A model generated the notes under the pieces. The model searched no databases and was not told the origin of the DNA. It saw only the letters and a list, made by a program, of their open reading frames with translations. Below, in pieces: positions 20,024 to 31,907 of a stretch of DNA of 64,000 nucleotides. The DNA is taken from assembly GCA_018897195.1 (NCBI GenBank), contig JAHILH010000004.1, forward strand, positions 19,182-83,181, in the 5' to 3' direction. How positions within the stretch are numbered: position 1 is the first letter of the stretch; each line of letters opens with the position of its first letter. The DNA is from Patescibacteria group bacterium. Lineage in GTDB: Bacteria > Patescibacteriota > Patescibacteriia > Patescibacteriales > UBA12075. Position numbers and translations under genes: made by a program.

Positions 20024-20095
20024 TGCCGGGGGAGAGGATTGAACTCTCGACACAAGGATTTTCAATCCTTTGCTCTACCACTGAGCTACCCCGGC
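20024..20095 (-). tRNA. tRNA-Phe(GAA)
   Basis: GCCGGGG...AAGGA-TTGAAAA-TCCTT...CCCCGGC. Confidence 0.93.
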
Positions 20096-20128
20096 GCTTT
20101 GATTGCAAATTATTTTGCAATCATGATG

Positions 20129-20202
<74 letters not shown>

Positions 20203-20236
20203 GTATATTTCATACGACATTCTTTCAACTAACTGC

Positions 20237-20271
20237 CCCTCACCCCAACCCTCTCCCGCGGGGCGAGGGAG
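20237..20271. repeat. REP-like palindrome in the 16S-tRNA spacer
   Basis: CCCTCACCCCAACCCTCTCCCGCGGGGCGAGGGAG, nearly the reverse complement of 1119-1153. Confidence 0.8.
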
Positions 20272-20579
20272 ATTTATCGGTAGTTTCATTATAACAAAAA
20301 AGATTGATTCCAACAACAAGTCAGAGCCAATCTTTTTTGATAAAAATTGAAAGAACGGACCCATAAAAACCGTTTAGTCTTACAACGAAACAGTTTCGAA
20401 TCTAACAGGCGCCAATTAACACCTTGCGACTTACCGATGCAAGGATTTGTTTTTTTATCCTGATCCAAAATAAATTCTGGAATCAAGCATTTCGTCTTTT
20501 ACAATCTACACGTTCGTAAAAGCTAATAGAAATGTCGCTTTCTGCGTGTACTCTATCGAATTTGCAGAAAATCTCCCTA

Positions 20580-22064
<1,485 letters not shown>

Positions 22065-22323
22065 TTTTTTACTTGGTTTGCTATCCAAGTGCAATATATC
22101 TTGGCGACATATTACAGATTTGACGTATATTTGAAGATAATTAAATCTTTATTTTTTGGTCGTTAATTGACGCCTGTTAGCGTCAAAACTTATATTCAAT
22201 TGTTAAGGTTCCGATTAAACGAATAAAAAACAGACCTATCAGTTCAGATATAAATGAGTCTGTATTAAAACTCTATTTAGAATTTACCGCATTCAAGATG
22301 CTTGTTTTTTAAAACGTATTCAT

Positions 22324-22352
22324 AATATATATTATTTGCTGTTTCCTGTCAA
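22324..22352 (-). promoter_or_regulatory. Putative rRNA promoter
   Basis: TTGACA-17 nt-TATATT on the minus strand upstream of 16S. Confidence 0.55.
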
Positions 22353-22561
22353 GAAGCTATTATCACCATTTTTTCAACATCTCTACACTCCGTTTTTTTG
22401 GCTTTGATTAAACAAAAAAATAATGATTAACTAATCAATTAACACGTCCCAAAATTAGCACTTTTTTTGAAAAAATATTTTATGTGGATAAAAAATTTTA
22501 AATTACACCAATTAAAATAAAAAGGGAGAGGTATTCATTCAAATACATCTCCCATTAACAA

Positions 22562-22882
22562 CTACGGTTCGAGTTCGTAGTCAATCTGACAGCTACCCGT
22601 TATTAAAAAATGGTTATACGGATTTACGGGAAGTGTCCACGAAACCTCTAACTCCCCATCCTCATCAAGCACGCCTTCAATTAATACCTGGCCCGTGCCA
22701 TCACGAAGGACGATCCTTCTATCACAACAAATCATTTCTTGGAAAAACGGTGCTTGCTGATTTAATTTTAAGATCATTTGATACCCGCCATCATCCAACA
22801 AAAACACCAAGGACCAAAATCTTCTATCCGCACTTATCATAGACGGATGACGCAAGTACAACTCCTCACTATTTACCTTCAT
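22562..22882 (-). CDS. Hypothetical protein
   Basis: AGAGG RBS, TTGACA promoter near 22970, hairpin downstream. Confidence 0.55.
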   Translation of the reverse strand: MKVNSEELYLRHPSMISADRRFWSLVFLLDDGGYQMILKLNQQAPFFQEMICCDRRIVLRDGTGQVLIEGVLDEDGELEVSWTLPVNPYNHFLITGSCQIDYELEP

Positions 22883-23214
22883 AACAAACCTCTTTATTTA
22901 TTATTAGTCTGATAAATTTTGCCTCATTATATAGCTACGAACGATATTAACATAAAAATTAGAAAATGTCAATAATTACACCTCCGCAATCATAAGCTGA
23001 TACTAAAAACCGATAAAGTATTTTTTTTTACTAACGAATAAGTGGTATTGAACTCAACTCAACTTATATGATCTTATTTACAAACCATACATGCTCTTGA
23101 CTTTTCTTTAAAAAAATTCTATTATCTTAATATTAAATAAATAAAAAATAAAAGATAAAACAGGTGACAAAACACCGTCACATGCTCAAAACTGTTTTAT
23201 TTTTTAACTAAAGT

Positions 23215-23508
23215 ATGCTGACTATCAAGCTATCAAGAATTGGAAAGAAGAAAAAGCCAATGTATCGTTTTATTATTTCTGAAAAATCTAAGGATCCCTA
23301 TGGCGATTCATTGGAAATTTTGGGATCATATAATCCTTATTCAAAGGAAATGACTACCAATGGTGAACGTATTAACTACTGGATTAGTAAGGGTGCGCAG
23401 ATGACTGCGACTGTGAACAATCTATTGGTTGGTGCCAAAATTGTTGAAGGTAAAAAAGTAACAGCTTCAAAACCAGGCAAAAAAAAGGACGAAGCGGCTA
23501 AAAAATAA
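23215..23508 (+). CDS. rpsP: 30S ribosomal protein S16
   Basis: MLTIKLSRIGKKKKPMYR...EILGSYNP...YWISKGAQ. Confidence 0.97.
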   Translation: MLTIKLSRIGKKKKPMYRFIISEKSKDPYGDSLEILGSYNPYSKEMTTNGERINYWISKGAQMTATVNNLLVGAKIVEGKKVTASKPGKKKDEAAKK

Positions 23509-23632
23509 AAGTTGACAAATTTTTATTTTGTGTCATAATTAAGTATATCCTATTTTAGGTATTTATAATTAAAAGCTCTTTCAAAAATGATTAATAGGTA
23601 TTATACATTATCATTATTGAGAGGAAAAAAGT

Positions 23633-23983
23633 ATGAACGAAGTTACAGACAAAGATTTTTTGGAGTTTATCGTAAAGTCCATTGTTGCAAATCCTGACAA
23701 GGTAGCTGTTGAAAGAACAGTTGACGAAAGAGGTGTGCTTTTGACTTTAAACATCGATCCAGCAGACATGGGTTATGTAATCGGACGAAGAGGACAAACA
23801 GCTCAAGCAATTAGAACTTTGTTAAAGATTGTAGGCGCTAAGAACAATTCAAGAGTTAATTTGAAAATTAACGAACCAGAAGGCTCAACAAGAGGACCAA
23901 GATTTGAAAGAGAGTCAAATGACGCTCCAAGAAGATCTTCAGAAGAGATTGATACTTCAAGCGTAGACGATTTCAAGATTTAA
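23633..23983 (+). CDS. khpA: KH domain RNA-binding protein (KhpA/YlqC)
   Basis: DMGYVIGRRGQTAQAIRTLL GxxG loop; position after rpsP. Confidence 0.9.
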   Translation: MNEVTDKDFLEFIVKSIVANPDKVAVERTVDERGVLLTLNIDPADMGYVIGRRGQTAQAIRTLLKIVGAKNNSRVNLKINEPEGSTRGPRFERESNDAPRRSSEEIDTSSVDDFKI

Positions 23984-24068
23984 TTATCAACAAAATCACA
24001 TATCCAAAAAGCCACAACTTACAAGTCGTGGCTTTTTGTTTATTAACTTAATTAAAGCATTAATTTAC

Positions 24069-24165
24069 TGTCATTCTGGAACGAAACGAAGTGTAGTGAT
24101 AGAATCTTCCGCTTTGTACGTTTTTTACGTAGTCGAAGATCCTATCGCTTCGCTCCAGGATAACA
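24069..24165. repeat. Second REP-like element family (TGTCATTCTG...AGAATCT / AGATCC...CAGGATAACA)
   Basis: Long imperfect inverted repeat in the khpA-trmD intergenic region. Confidence 0.65.
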
Positions 24166-24194
24166 AGAAATTATTTACTACCTAAAATATATAT

Positions 24195-24869
24195 ATGAAC
24201 TACAATATAATCACAATTTTCCCAGGCATGTTCGATTCCTATTTCAACGAATCAATTATTAAACGCGCACAAGACAAGGGTATAATCAACATTAAAACAC
24301 ACGCCTTGCGTGATTACACCACCGACAAGCACAAAACTGTCGATGACACACCATACAGTGGCGGCGCCGGTATGGTTATGATGATTGAGCCACTTTACAA
24401 GGCGTTAGAGTCCGTTAAATCAGAAATTAAAACACCTAAATCAAGAACTATTCTCCTCTCTGCCAAGGGGCGACGCTGGACTCAACAAGTCGCTCAAGAA
24501 TTTGCGGAATTAGAAAATATCACCATGATTTGCGGTCGCTATGAAGGTGTTGATCAACGCATCCTAGAGTTTATCGATGAAGAAATCTCTATTGGCGATT
24601 TTGTACTAACCGGCGGTGAAATTGGAGCCATGACCATCGTTGATTCTGTTACTCGACTCTTGCCTGGCGTACTCGGTAATGAATTTAGCGCCATTGATGA
24701 GTCCCATTCCATTCCTGGCGTCCTTGAATACCCCCAATATACCAAGCCAGAAATCTTTAAGGTCGGCAATAAGGAATATACCGTTCCAGAGATATTATTG
24801 TCAGGAAATCACAAAAAAATCCAAGAATGGCGCGAAAACATGAAAAAAAAGAAGCCTTCAAATAACTAA
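24195..24869 (+). CDS. trmD: tRNA (guanine-N1)-methyltransferase
   Basis: VDDTPYSGGAGMVM, CGRYEGVDQR, SIGDFVLTGGE, LEYPQYT, LLSGNH. Confidence 0.97.
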   Translation: MNYNIITIFPGMFDSYFNESIIKRAQDKGIINIKTHALRDYTTDKHKTVDDTPYSGGAGMVMMIEPLYKALESVKSEIKTPKSRTILLSAKGRRWTQQVAQEFAELENITMICGRYEGVDQRILEFIDEEISIGDFVLTGGEIGAMTIVDSVTRLLPGVLGNEFSAIDESHSIPGVLEYPQYTKPEIFKVGNKEYTVPEILLSGNHKKIQEWRENMKKKKPSNN

Positions 24870-25032
24870 TATTAGCCAATAAGCCCTATTTGCCCCTTGA
24901 CAACTTTTTAATTACCTGCTACAATGCAATGTTAATCTTTATTTTTATTAAATAGAGATTTTTATTAAGGCAGAACAAAAACTCCTCGCTATACGCGGTC
25001 TAGTCTTTGCTCTTGCACAAACATTGCATTTA

Positions 25033-25602
25033 ATGAAATCAGAATTTCCTATTTTTAGAAAAAAATCTATAATCCCCTCTTTTTTAGCAGACAAAATTAT
25101 TCTGTCACTTATTTTCATCACCTTCTTTGACTTTGCGTTATTTCCAGTGCCAATTTTGGCCGCTGAAATTAACCCCAAGACACAAGAAAGTGGTCTATTA
25201 GAAGAAATTAATAATTCACTTGATCTAATTAAAGATGTTTTAGTTGATGATACTAGCAATTTTACTGGCAAATTGCCAAATAATAAAGACGTAGCAAAAG
25301 CCAAAACAGAGTTTCATGAAATGACCGCCTACACCTCCGAGGTAGCCCAATGTGATGCTTCGCCCTGTATTACCGCCAATGGCTTCAATGTTTGCAAACA
25401 CAACGTTGAAGATACGATTGCGGCTAACTTTCTTAAGTTTGGCACAAAAGTAAAAATTCCGGAATTATACGGCGATCGTGTTTTTATCGTTCGTGATCGT
25501 ATGAATAGAAGATATCCAGACCGAGTAGATATTTGGATGAAAGACAAAAAACAGGCTATCAAGTTTGGTTTTAAGGTCGCTAAAATTGAAATATTGGAGT
25601 AA
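25033..25602 (+). CDS. 3D (Asp-Asp-Asp) domain protein, lytic transglycosylase-like
   Basis: TM/signal region, then MTAYTS...ITANG...IAANFLKFGTKV...VRDRM...RVDIW. Confidence 0.85.
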   Translation: MKSEFPIFRKKSIIPSFLADKIILSLIFITFFDFALFPVPILAAEINPKTQESGLLEEINNSLDLIKDVLVDDTSNFTGKLPNNKDVAKAKTEFHEMTAYTSEVAQCDASPCITANGFNVCKHNVEDTIAANFLKFGTKVKIPELYGDRVFIVRDRMNRRYPDRVDIWMKDKKQAIKFGFKVAKIEILE

Positions 25603-25698
25603 AAACCTAATATTGACTTATTTCTTGAAATATATTAATATCAAATTATAACAGTTGGAAAACGATTGTTATTTTTTGTTATAAGAAGTATTTTTGGC

Positions 25699-25772
25699 GG
25701 AGCGGTAGCTCAGCTGGTTAGAGCGCTGCCCTGTCACGGCAGAGGTCGCGGGTTCGAGTCCCGTCCGCTCCG
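25699..25772 (+). tRNA. tRNA-Asp(GTC)
   Basis: GGAGCGG...CTGCC-CTGTCAC-GGCAG...GGTTCGAGTCC...CCGCTCC. Confidence 0.95.
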
Positions 25773-25842
25773 CTAAGAATATTTAAGCTCAAAAAAAAGA
25801 AGCATTAGTGCTTCTTTTTTTTATTTTATATAATTTTCTAAT

Positions 25843-26409
25843 TTACATCGGCAATATTTTTTTATCGTAAACCTCATTAAGAATTTCCGCGGAAGCTAAA
25901 TAGATAGCCGAAAAACCACAAACAATTCCTTCGTAGCCAGCAATTCTAGTAATCAAAGTAATTCCAGTAATATCACCCAAGGCCAACAACATAAACAAAA
26001 TTGTTAAAAGTGCAAAAACGATTTGCAACCCTTTGCCCAGTTTTAAAGTCGCGACATACATCACCGCCGTAAAAAGACCCCACATAAACAAATAAGCAGC
26101 CATAGCGCTTGGCTCAGGCTTAGAAGCTAGGCCAGCGGCTGGCAAGACAATAATTCCCACTAAAGACAACCAGAACAAACCATAAGAAGTAAACGCCGTC
26201 ATACCAAAAGTATTTTGCTTACGCCATTCCAAAATACCAGCAATAATTTGCGCGATGCCACCATAAAAGACACCCATCGCGAGGATCATGCCGTCCATCG
26301 AAAAGAAGGCCGCGTTATGCATGTTTAACAAAACTGTTGTCATGCCGAATCCTAACAAGCCCAAAGGCGCTGGATTAGCGGCATTAATTAAACCTTTTGG
26401 AAGAGTCAT
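25843..26409 (-). CDS. satP: Acetate uptake transporter (SatP/YaaH, GPR1/FUN34 family)
   Basis: [15 protein letters not shown] signature, [21 protein letters not shown]; start at MTLPKG. Confidence 0.9.
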   Translation of the reverse strand: MTLPKGLINAANPAPLGLLGFGMTTVLLNMHNAAFFSMDGMILAMGVFYGGIAQIIAGILEWRKQNTFGMTAFTSYGLFWLSLVGIIVLPAAGLASKPEPSAMAAYLFMWGLFTAVMYVATLKLGKGLQIVFALLTILFMLLALGDITGITLITRIAGYEGIVCGFSAIYLASAEILNEVYDKKILPM

Positions 26410-26575
26410 AAAAAAATATTCCGCTATCCTCAGCTTGTGATCGTAGAATTTAATTTCTCGACCATACAAAAAGCCTTAGGCTTTTATAACTGGGACACAG
26501 GAGTTAAATTATTAAAATTACAAATTAGATATTTTTATTTTACTATATTTTTGAAATTTTTAAAAGAGAAATTTA

Positions 26576-27811
26576 TTATTCTGCCAAAGCTTCGCCAGCT
26601 GCATGGCCTGTACTCCAACAGATTTGTAAATTATAACCACCAGTCGGACCATCAAGATCCAGAATTTCACCGGCAAAATAAAGATTTTCAATTATCTTTG
26701 ACTGCATTGTCTTCGGATTAACTTCGCGCGTATCTACACCGCCGGCAGTAATCATGGCTTTATCAAAACCTTTCACATCCTTTATTTCCAAGCTAAAACT
26801 CTTGAGCAAACGAACAATACCCCTACGCTCGTCTTTAGTCATTACACTTAATTGTTTTTCCGGGTCAATGTTTAAGAGCCACAAAAGCAACACTCCCAAA
26901 CGCGACGGCGCCAAGGGCGTTAAGCTATTTTTGATCATTTTATTGCCATCACGCTGAAATTCTTTTTGCAGCTGCAAATCCAAGTCCGCTTCATTAACAT
27001 GCGGCAATAAATCCAAACTCAAAGAAAACTTGCCAGACACTGATAAATCAACCTCGCGACTCATATCGATAATCGCCGGCCCACTCACGCCGTCAGCGGT
27101 AAAAATAATTGAACCACTTTTAGTGTTCATTTTTTTATTATCTTTTTTAAGAGTAATGCCAATATTTTGCAGACTCACACCTTCAACGGCTTTAACAAAA
27201 GTGTCGTTCAAGATTAATGAAGTCAGGGCCGGTCGCGGTTTAACAATATTATGTCCTAGTTTTTCTAGCCACGCATAAGCATCACCAGTTGAACCAGTGC
27301 CCGGATAAGATTGACCACCGACACAAATCACAAATTTGTCCGCCATTAACTCCTCGCCGCTTTCTAAAATAATTTTTTCAATTTTATCGTCTTTTTTAAT
27401 TATCTTTTTTACTATCGCACCATATTTTATCTGCACCTTATTCTCATCTAAATAATTCGTCAACACCTGCAAAACATCCCGCGCCTTGTCGCTTTTCGGA
27501 AACACACGACCATTGTCCTCAACTTTCGTCACCACGCCTCGCGTTTTAAAAAAATCCAAAGTCTCCTTAACGCCAAATCGATGAAAAGCCGACATCAAAA
27601 ACTTGCTATTTTTACCATAGCAATCAATTAATTCTTTTTTATCTGCAAACATATTGGTTAAATTACAACGCCCATGTCCGGTCGCTAATAATTTAATGCC
27701 CAGGCTCTGGTTTTTTTCCAACAACAAAACCTGCTGCCCAAGTTCACCTGCTCGCCCCGCCGTCATCATACCAGCTGGTCCGCCACCAATTATAATTATA
27801 TTGTAGTTCAT
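26576..27811 (-). CDS. HI0933/BaiN-like flavoprotein oxidoreductase
   Basis: GGGPAG, KLLATGHGRCNLTN, GRVFP, TAGGV, GEILDLDGPTGGYNLQ. Confidence 0.93.
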   Translation of the reverse strand: MNYNIIIIGGGPAGMMTAGRAGELGQQVLLLEKNQSLGIKLLATGHGRCNLTNMFADKKELIDCYGKNSKFLMSAFHRFGVKETLDFFKTRGVVTKVEDNGRVFPKSDKARDVLQVLTNYLDENKVQIKYGAIVKKIIKKDDKIEKIILESGEELMADKFVICVGGQSYPGTGSTGDAYAWLEKLGHNIVKPRPALTSLILNDTFVKAVEGVSLQNIGITLKKDNKKMNTKSGSIIFTADGVSGPAIIDMSREVDLSVSGKFSLSLDLLPHVNEADLDLQLQKEFQRDGNKMIKNSLTPLAPSRLGVLLLWLLNIDPEKQLSVMTKDERRGIVRLLKSFSLEIKDVKGFDKAMITAGGVDTREVNPKTMQSKIIENLYFAGEILDLDGPTGGYNLQICWSTGHAAGEALAE

Positions 27812-27870
27812 ATAAATAGTATATTCTTTTTAACAGATTTTGTCGACACTGCCCGTTATCTTAAATTACC

Positions 27871-27906
27871 AAAAAAAGACGTCCTTAATTAAGGACGTCT
27901 TTTTTT
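27871..27906. terminator. Terminator closing the His-Xaa-Ser cluster
   Basis: Perfect palindrome AAAAAAAGACGTCCTTAATTAAGGACGTCTTTTTTT. Confidence 0.8.
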
Positions 27907-27935
27907 GGATTTAAATACTGAGTTGTAATAAAAAT

Positions 27936-28640
27936 TTAATAATTACTATTTTGAACAATCTTGACGTTTTGAATAACTTCCTCCATGGCTTTTTTATATT
28001 TTTCAACCTGATCAACGTCTATCCAGCCACTTAATACTAAGACATCTTTATCTGAAAGCCTTATTACTTGTCCAATATTCCAGGTATCCATCACTGGATC
28101 GATATCCTTGAGATTATTTTTAATATAATCATTGTAATATTTATTGCTATACTCTATTACATAACCCTGATAGCCGCCAATAATATTTTTTTCCTTTCTT
28201 ATTTCTTTAAACTCAATTAAATCAGGATTTATTATTTTGTCGCCAGTGCTTTCGATCAGTTCAGTAATCAACTTCTCATAATCCAATTCATTGCGTCCCT
28301 CAAATATTTGCACATCTAGCCAACCACTACCATCACTCATTGATACCGCCTTTTTCGCATCTTGTTCTACGTTCGGCAATCTCATATAAGCATAGCTATT
28401 TGCCGTAAAATTAGTAGATGACCCAATATTAACTGACTCTTGATTTAAGCGACTAATCCAATTTTCTGGCAAATTAAACTCAATTGAATAATTCTTATAT
28501 TGAATAGTGGAAGTGCTCTTTATAATTTGATTTTCAACATTCTCCTCAACATTAATTCTTTTGTAGTTTATGCCAATGATTAGAATTATCAATATAGAGA
28601 TAATTATTGTAATTAATAGGGCAATCTTATTTTTTGTCAT
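27936..28640 (-). CDS. Hypothetical exported, membrane-anchored protein
   Basis: N-terminal TM helix; YSIEFNLPENW suggests a PsbP/DcrB-like fold; AGAGG RBS. Confidence 0.7.
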   Translation of the reverse strand: MTKNKIALLITIIISILIILIIGINYKRINVEENVENQIIKSTSTIQYKNYSIEFNLPENWISRLNQESVNIGSSTNFTANSYAYMRLPNVEQDAKKAVSMSDGSGWLDVQIFEGRNELDYEKLITELIESTGDKIINPDLIEFKEIRKEKNIIGGYQGYVIEYSNKYYNDYIKNNLKDIDPVMDTWNIGQVIRLSDKDVLVLSGWIDVDQVEKYKKAMEEVIQNVKIVQNSNY

Positions 28641-28660
28641 AGAAATATCTTATCCTCTTT

Positions 28661-29986
28661 TTAAAAACCAACCTCTCTCCAATTTGGCAATATCCCATCG
28701 GCGCTACATGAAGATTCTACTCCACCAAGCTCGCCAGCACATGTCCAATACCATGGTCCTCTTCCCGTTAATGCTGAGGGTATGCCAACATTACAGAGAT
28801 CAGTTGTTGGGGCGATAAAAAATGACTGTCCATCTGCCGGTCCACACTGACCATTTACGGCACATGTCGCATCTGACGGCGTAACCGCACTACACGCTCC
28901 AAGGCAGTCTATTATCCCGCTAGTTGTCTGTCCGCAAGTATTCGCAGTCGAGGTGCAGCTGATTAAAGGTCGTTCAGCTGGTTTGACGGCGCTACACGGA
29001 AGCCCACAGCTCATAAGACCAGTGTTTGTATCGCCACAGGAATTTGCAGCAGAGGTACAAGGAATTGATGTAACGGGTGGTGCCACGGTAACACTACACA
29101 CTCCAACGCAATTATATACACCAGGCGTTGTCATCCCACAAGCATTAGCCGGAGAAACGCAGGGAGTGCCATAGATGGCCGGATTAGGTGGCACGGTAGC
29201 ACTACACGCCCCCGTACAAGTTATCGTTCCGGAATTTCTTTGATTACAACTATTAAATGCAGAAAAACAAGCATTTCCATAAGGTGGCTTATATACCGTT
29301 GTACTTGTATACGTCCTTGGCAATGGCGCCGGCGCACTACACAAACCCGTATTGCACTGGATTACGCCAGTATTATATTCTCCACAAACATTAGTATAAG
29401 ATTGACAATAAGTCAGGGCATTAAGCGGATAAAGAGGAGGCACTGGATTAGGCGGTACACTGCATGTCCCAGAACAGCCTATAAACCCAGAATATTTTTG
29501 ATTACAAGCATTGGGGTTTGAGTAACAAACTGAGCTATATCCAGGTGGAGTGGGCGGCGCAGCAACGCTGCAAGATGTCGCTCCCCACAACCCATAAACT
29601 ATCGTACCAACGGCGCACACCTTGCAGGGGTTACAAACGACACAGGCACTACTAGCGCAAATAGTATTTGCTGGCGTGACAGCACTACAAGCACCGTAAC
29701 AATCTATTGTCCCGCTACTAGTTTTCCCGCAAGCGTTCGGAGCAGAGGTGCAAGCTTTGCCGTAATTTGCCGGATTAGCAGGAACTGGGGCAGAACAAGC
29801 AACCCCACCACCCCAAAGATTATAGTATGTACCGGAATTACAAGTACCACAAAAATTACAAGACTTACAAGCAGTTCCCACGGCTTGTGCCTTGGCCTCA
29901 TTTTTAAAAAAAACAAACGAACTAAAAATAAAAAAACAAACAACAATTAAAAACTTTATCCATTTTGTCATATTATTGTTAAACAT
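28661..29986 (-). CDS. Secreted Cys-rich repeat surface protein
   Basis: Signal peptide ending AKA-Q; seven four-Cys repeats; C-terminal PNWREV. Confidence 0.8.
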   Translation of the reverse strand: MFNNNMTKWIKFLIVVCFFIFSSFVFFKNEAKAQAVGTACKSCNFCGTCNSGTYYNLWGGGVACSAPVPANPANYGKACTSAPNACGKTSSGTIDCYGACSAVTPANTICASSACVVCNPCKVCAVGTIVYGLWGATSCSVAAPPTPPGYSSVCYSNPNACNQKYSGFIGCSGTCSVPPNPVPPLYPLNALTYCQSYTNVCGEYNTGVIQCNTGLCSAPAPLPRTYTSTTVYKPPYGNACFSAFNSCNQRNSGTITCTGACSATVPPNPAIYGTPCVSPANACGMTTPGVYNCVGVCSVTVAPPVTSIPCTSAANSCGDTNTGLMSCGLPCSAVKPAERPLISCTSTANTCGQTTSGIIDCLGACSAVTPSDATCAVNGQCGPADGQSFFIAPTTDLCNVGIPSALTGRGPWYWTCAGELGGVESSCSADGILPNWREVGF

Positions 29987-30010
29987 AAATATATGTTAAA
30001 AGTATAATTA

Positions 30011-30961
30011 TTAAAAAGTGATAAATATATTAGCCTTAAAAATAGTTATGAGTGCCCCAAGAATAATCCACACAGAAAAAGGCAGGGATTTTACAATATT
30101 GATTTCCTGATGATTATTAGAAAAATAATAAATTTTAATTTTTTCCACCTGTTCAATCGTTAGACCCTCGGCCATAAATCTTCCCAATGACGCTAAAAAT
30201 TCTTTTTTTTCTATAATCTTATTCCTTTCCACTTCGCTCAAATTCATACCCGGCTTAAGTTCTTCAACTCTTATTTTCATCTCACTCTTATTATAATAAT
30301 ACCCCAAAATTCGATTAAGCGCAAGAAAAAATATAAAATAATAAATTATTTTAGAAATATTTAATTGTATTTGAAAAGACCTATGTAAAATAAAAAAATA
30401 TAGCAAATACTTCAAGGTAATCTTAGAGATATTAATCAGATAATACTTAGGATTTTTTAAATTAACTAATAGCTTTAAAAACTGCTTTTTAGTATCGTTC
30501 CAAAATTTAATTAAAACAACGTTCATTGAACTTTTTTTTATCTCGAAAATTAAATCGCTCAAAAATAAAAAAGCGGCCTTAATAAAAATAAAAAATAGAA
30601 ACGGAATAAAAATATTAACTAATAAAACGACAGATGGAAAAATGGGAACGTAACTTTTATTGTAATATTCAAGCGGCAACAAGAAGGCAAACAGGGCAAA
30701 AAATTTTGCATCACCCGCTGGCCACACTTGCGCATACCACATCAAAAACCCAAGCAATAAAGCCAAGGCGGAGTTGAGCCAAACAGTTGTAATATATTCA
30801 TTGCTTATTTGTCCAATAACTAAAAAAGAAAAAAATAAAATCTCGCCAAAAATCAAACCAAACAAAATCCATTTATTTCTAATTTTTCTTGTAACAAGAT
30901 CATCATCCAAAATCAACTTTCCAATCACAAACATGATAACCAATGAAATAATTTTAAACAT
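30011..30961 (-). CDS. A24 family prepilin/preflagellin (FlaK-like) aspartic peptidase
   Basis: Multi-TM; first Asp motif DDLVTRKIRN and GxGD-type AGDAK; C-terminal soluble insert (EELKPGM) and LPFS motif. Confidence 0.75.
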   Translation of the reverse strand: MFKIISLVIMFVIGKLILDDDLVTRKIRNKWILFGLIFGEILFFSFLVIGQISNEYITTVWLNSALALLLGFLMWYAQVWPAGDAKFFALFAFLLPLEYYNKSYVPIFPSVVLLVNIFIPFLFFIFIKAAFLFLSDLIFEIKKSSMNVVLIKFWNDTKKQFLKLLVNLKNPKYYLINISKITLKYLLYFFILHRSFQIQLNISKIIYYFIFFLALNRILGYYYNKSEMKIRVEELKPGMNLSEVERNKIIEKKEFLASLGRFMAEGLTIEQVEKIKIYYFSNNHQEINIVKSLPFSVWIILGALITIFKANIFITF

Positions 30962-31901
30962 TTTTTAAAATTTTATTAATTATCTTTTTTTTGTCGACAA
31001 AAACCGGGTATGCCTCATCCATTTTGTAATAATTACCTTCATTATACAATCCAATACAAATATTATTCAAAGAGCACGTCACACAGTCCTTCTTCTTCTT
31101 ATAAAATCCATCAATATGCCCGCTTTCCTGCAAAAACTCTCCTTTGTCATCAAGAAAGTAAGTAACCCGTTTTTCTTTTTTAACTATTTTTCGAGTCTCC
31201 GTAGACAAGTGTTCATAGCCAGTCATATAACACAAAGGCACACGTTCAACCCTGGCCGTCTTATGATTTTTTTGAATAATTTCAAGCGCCTTAAAAAGTT
31301 CGAGTTGAAAATCATTCATCCGCGGAATCACTTCCGAGTGACTTCGAATTCTTTCCGAAGTTGGATCAAGATTATTGAAGACAAAATGATCAACAAATGG
31401 ATAGTTAGTAACTAACATTTTAATCAATTCCGACAAATTATCCGCATTCCACTTGCCTATTACCACATTCATATTAACCTTAACATTTCCCAAGCGCTGC
31501 AAATTTACCAAAGCTTTTTTTATATTAGGCAGAGATTCTTTGTTTTTCGATATTTTTCCCTGAACCTCCTTCTTGTGTGAATAAATTGATAGGTGCAATT
31601 GTCTCAAACCAGCCTTTTTCAGCATCTCCAAATATTCATAATCTGCGATTTTTTGTCCATTACTGATCATATTCACAAACAACCCGCTTTGACTAGAATA
31701 GGTCATAATCTCTTTTAGCTCGGGATGCAACGTCGGCTCCCCTCCTGTTAAAATAATTCCTTCAAAGCCCCTTTTTTTAAAATCGTCAATCTTGGTTCTT
31801 ATTTCAGGCAAGCTCAAAACTAACCCGTTGTCGGGATTGGAACAAATTATGCATTGCTGATTGCACTGCCTGATTATCTGAAGATAGGCAAAATTGGCCA
31901 T
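30954..31901 (-). CDS. Radical SAM protein (HxsC-like)
   Basis: CNQQCIIC, LTGGEPT, VPLC, C-terminal CxxCx4CxG. Confidence 0.9.
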   Translation of the reverse strand: MANFAYLQIIRQCNQQCIICSNPDNGLVLSLPEIRTKIDDFKKRGFEGIILTGGEPTLHPELKEIMTYSSQSGLFVNMISNGQKIADYEYLEMLKKAGLRQLHLSIYSHKKEVQGKISKNKESLPNIKKALVNLQRLGNVKVNMNVVIGKWNADNLSELIKMLVTNYPFVDHFVFNNLDPTSERIRSHSEVIPRMNDFQLELFKALEIIQKNHKTARVERVPLCYMTGYEHLSTETRKIVKKEKRVTYFLDDKGEFLQESGHIDGFYKKKKDCVTCSLNNICIGLYNEGNYYKMDEAYPVFVDKKKIINKILKNV

Positions 31902-31907
31902 ATTATT

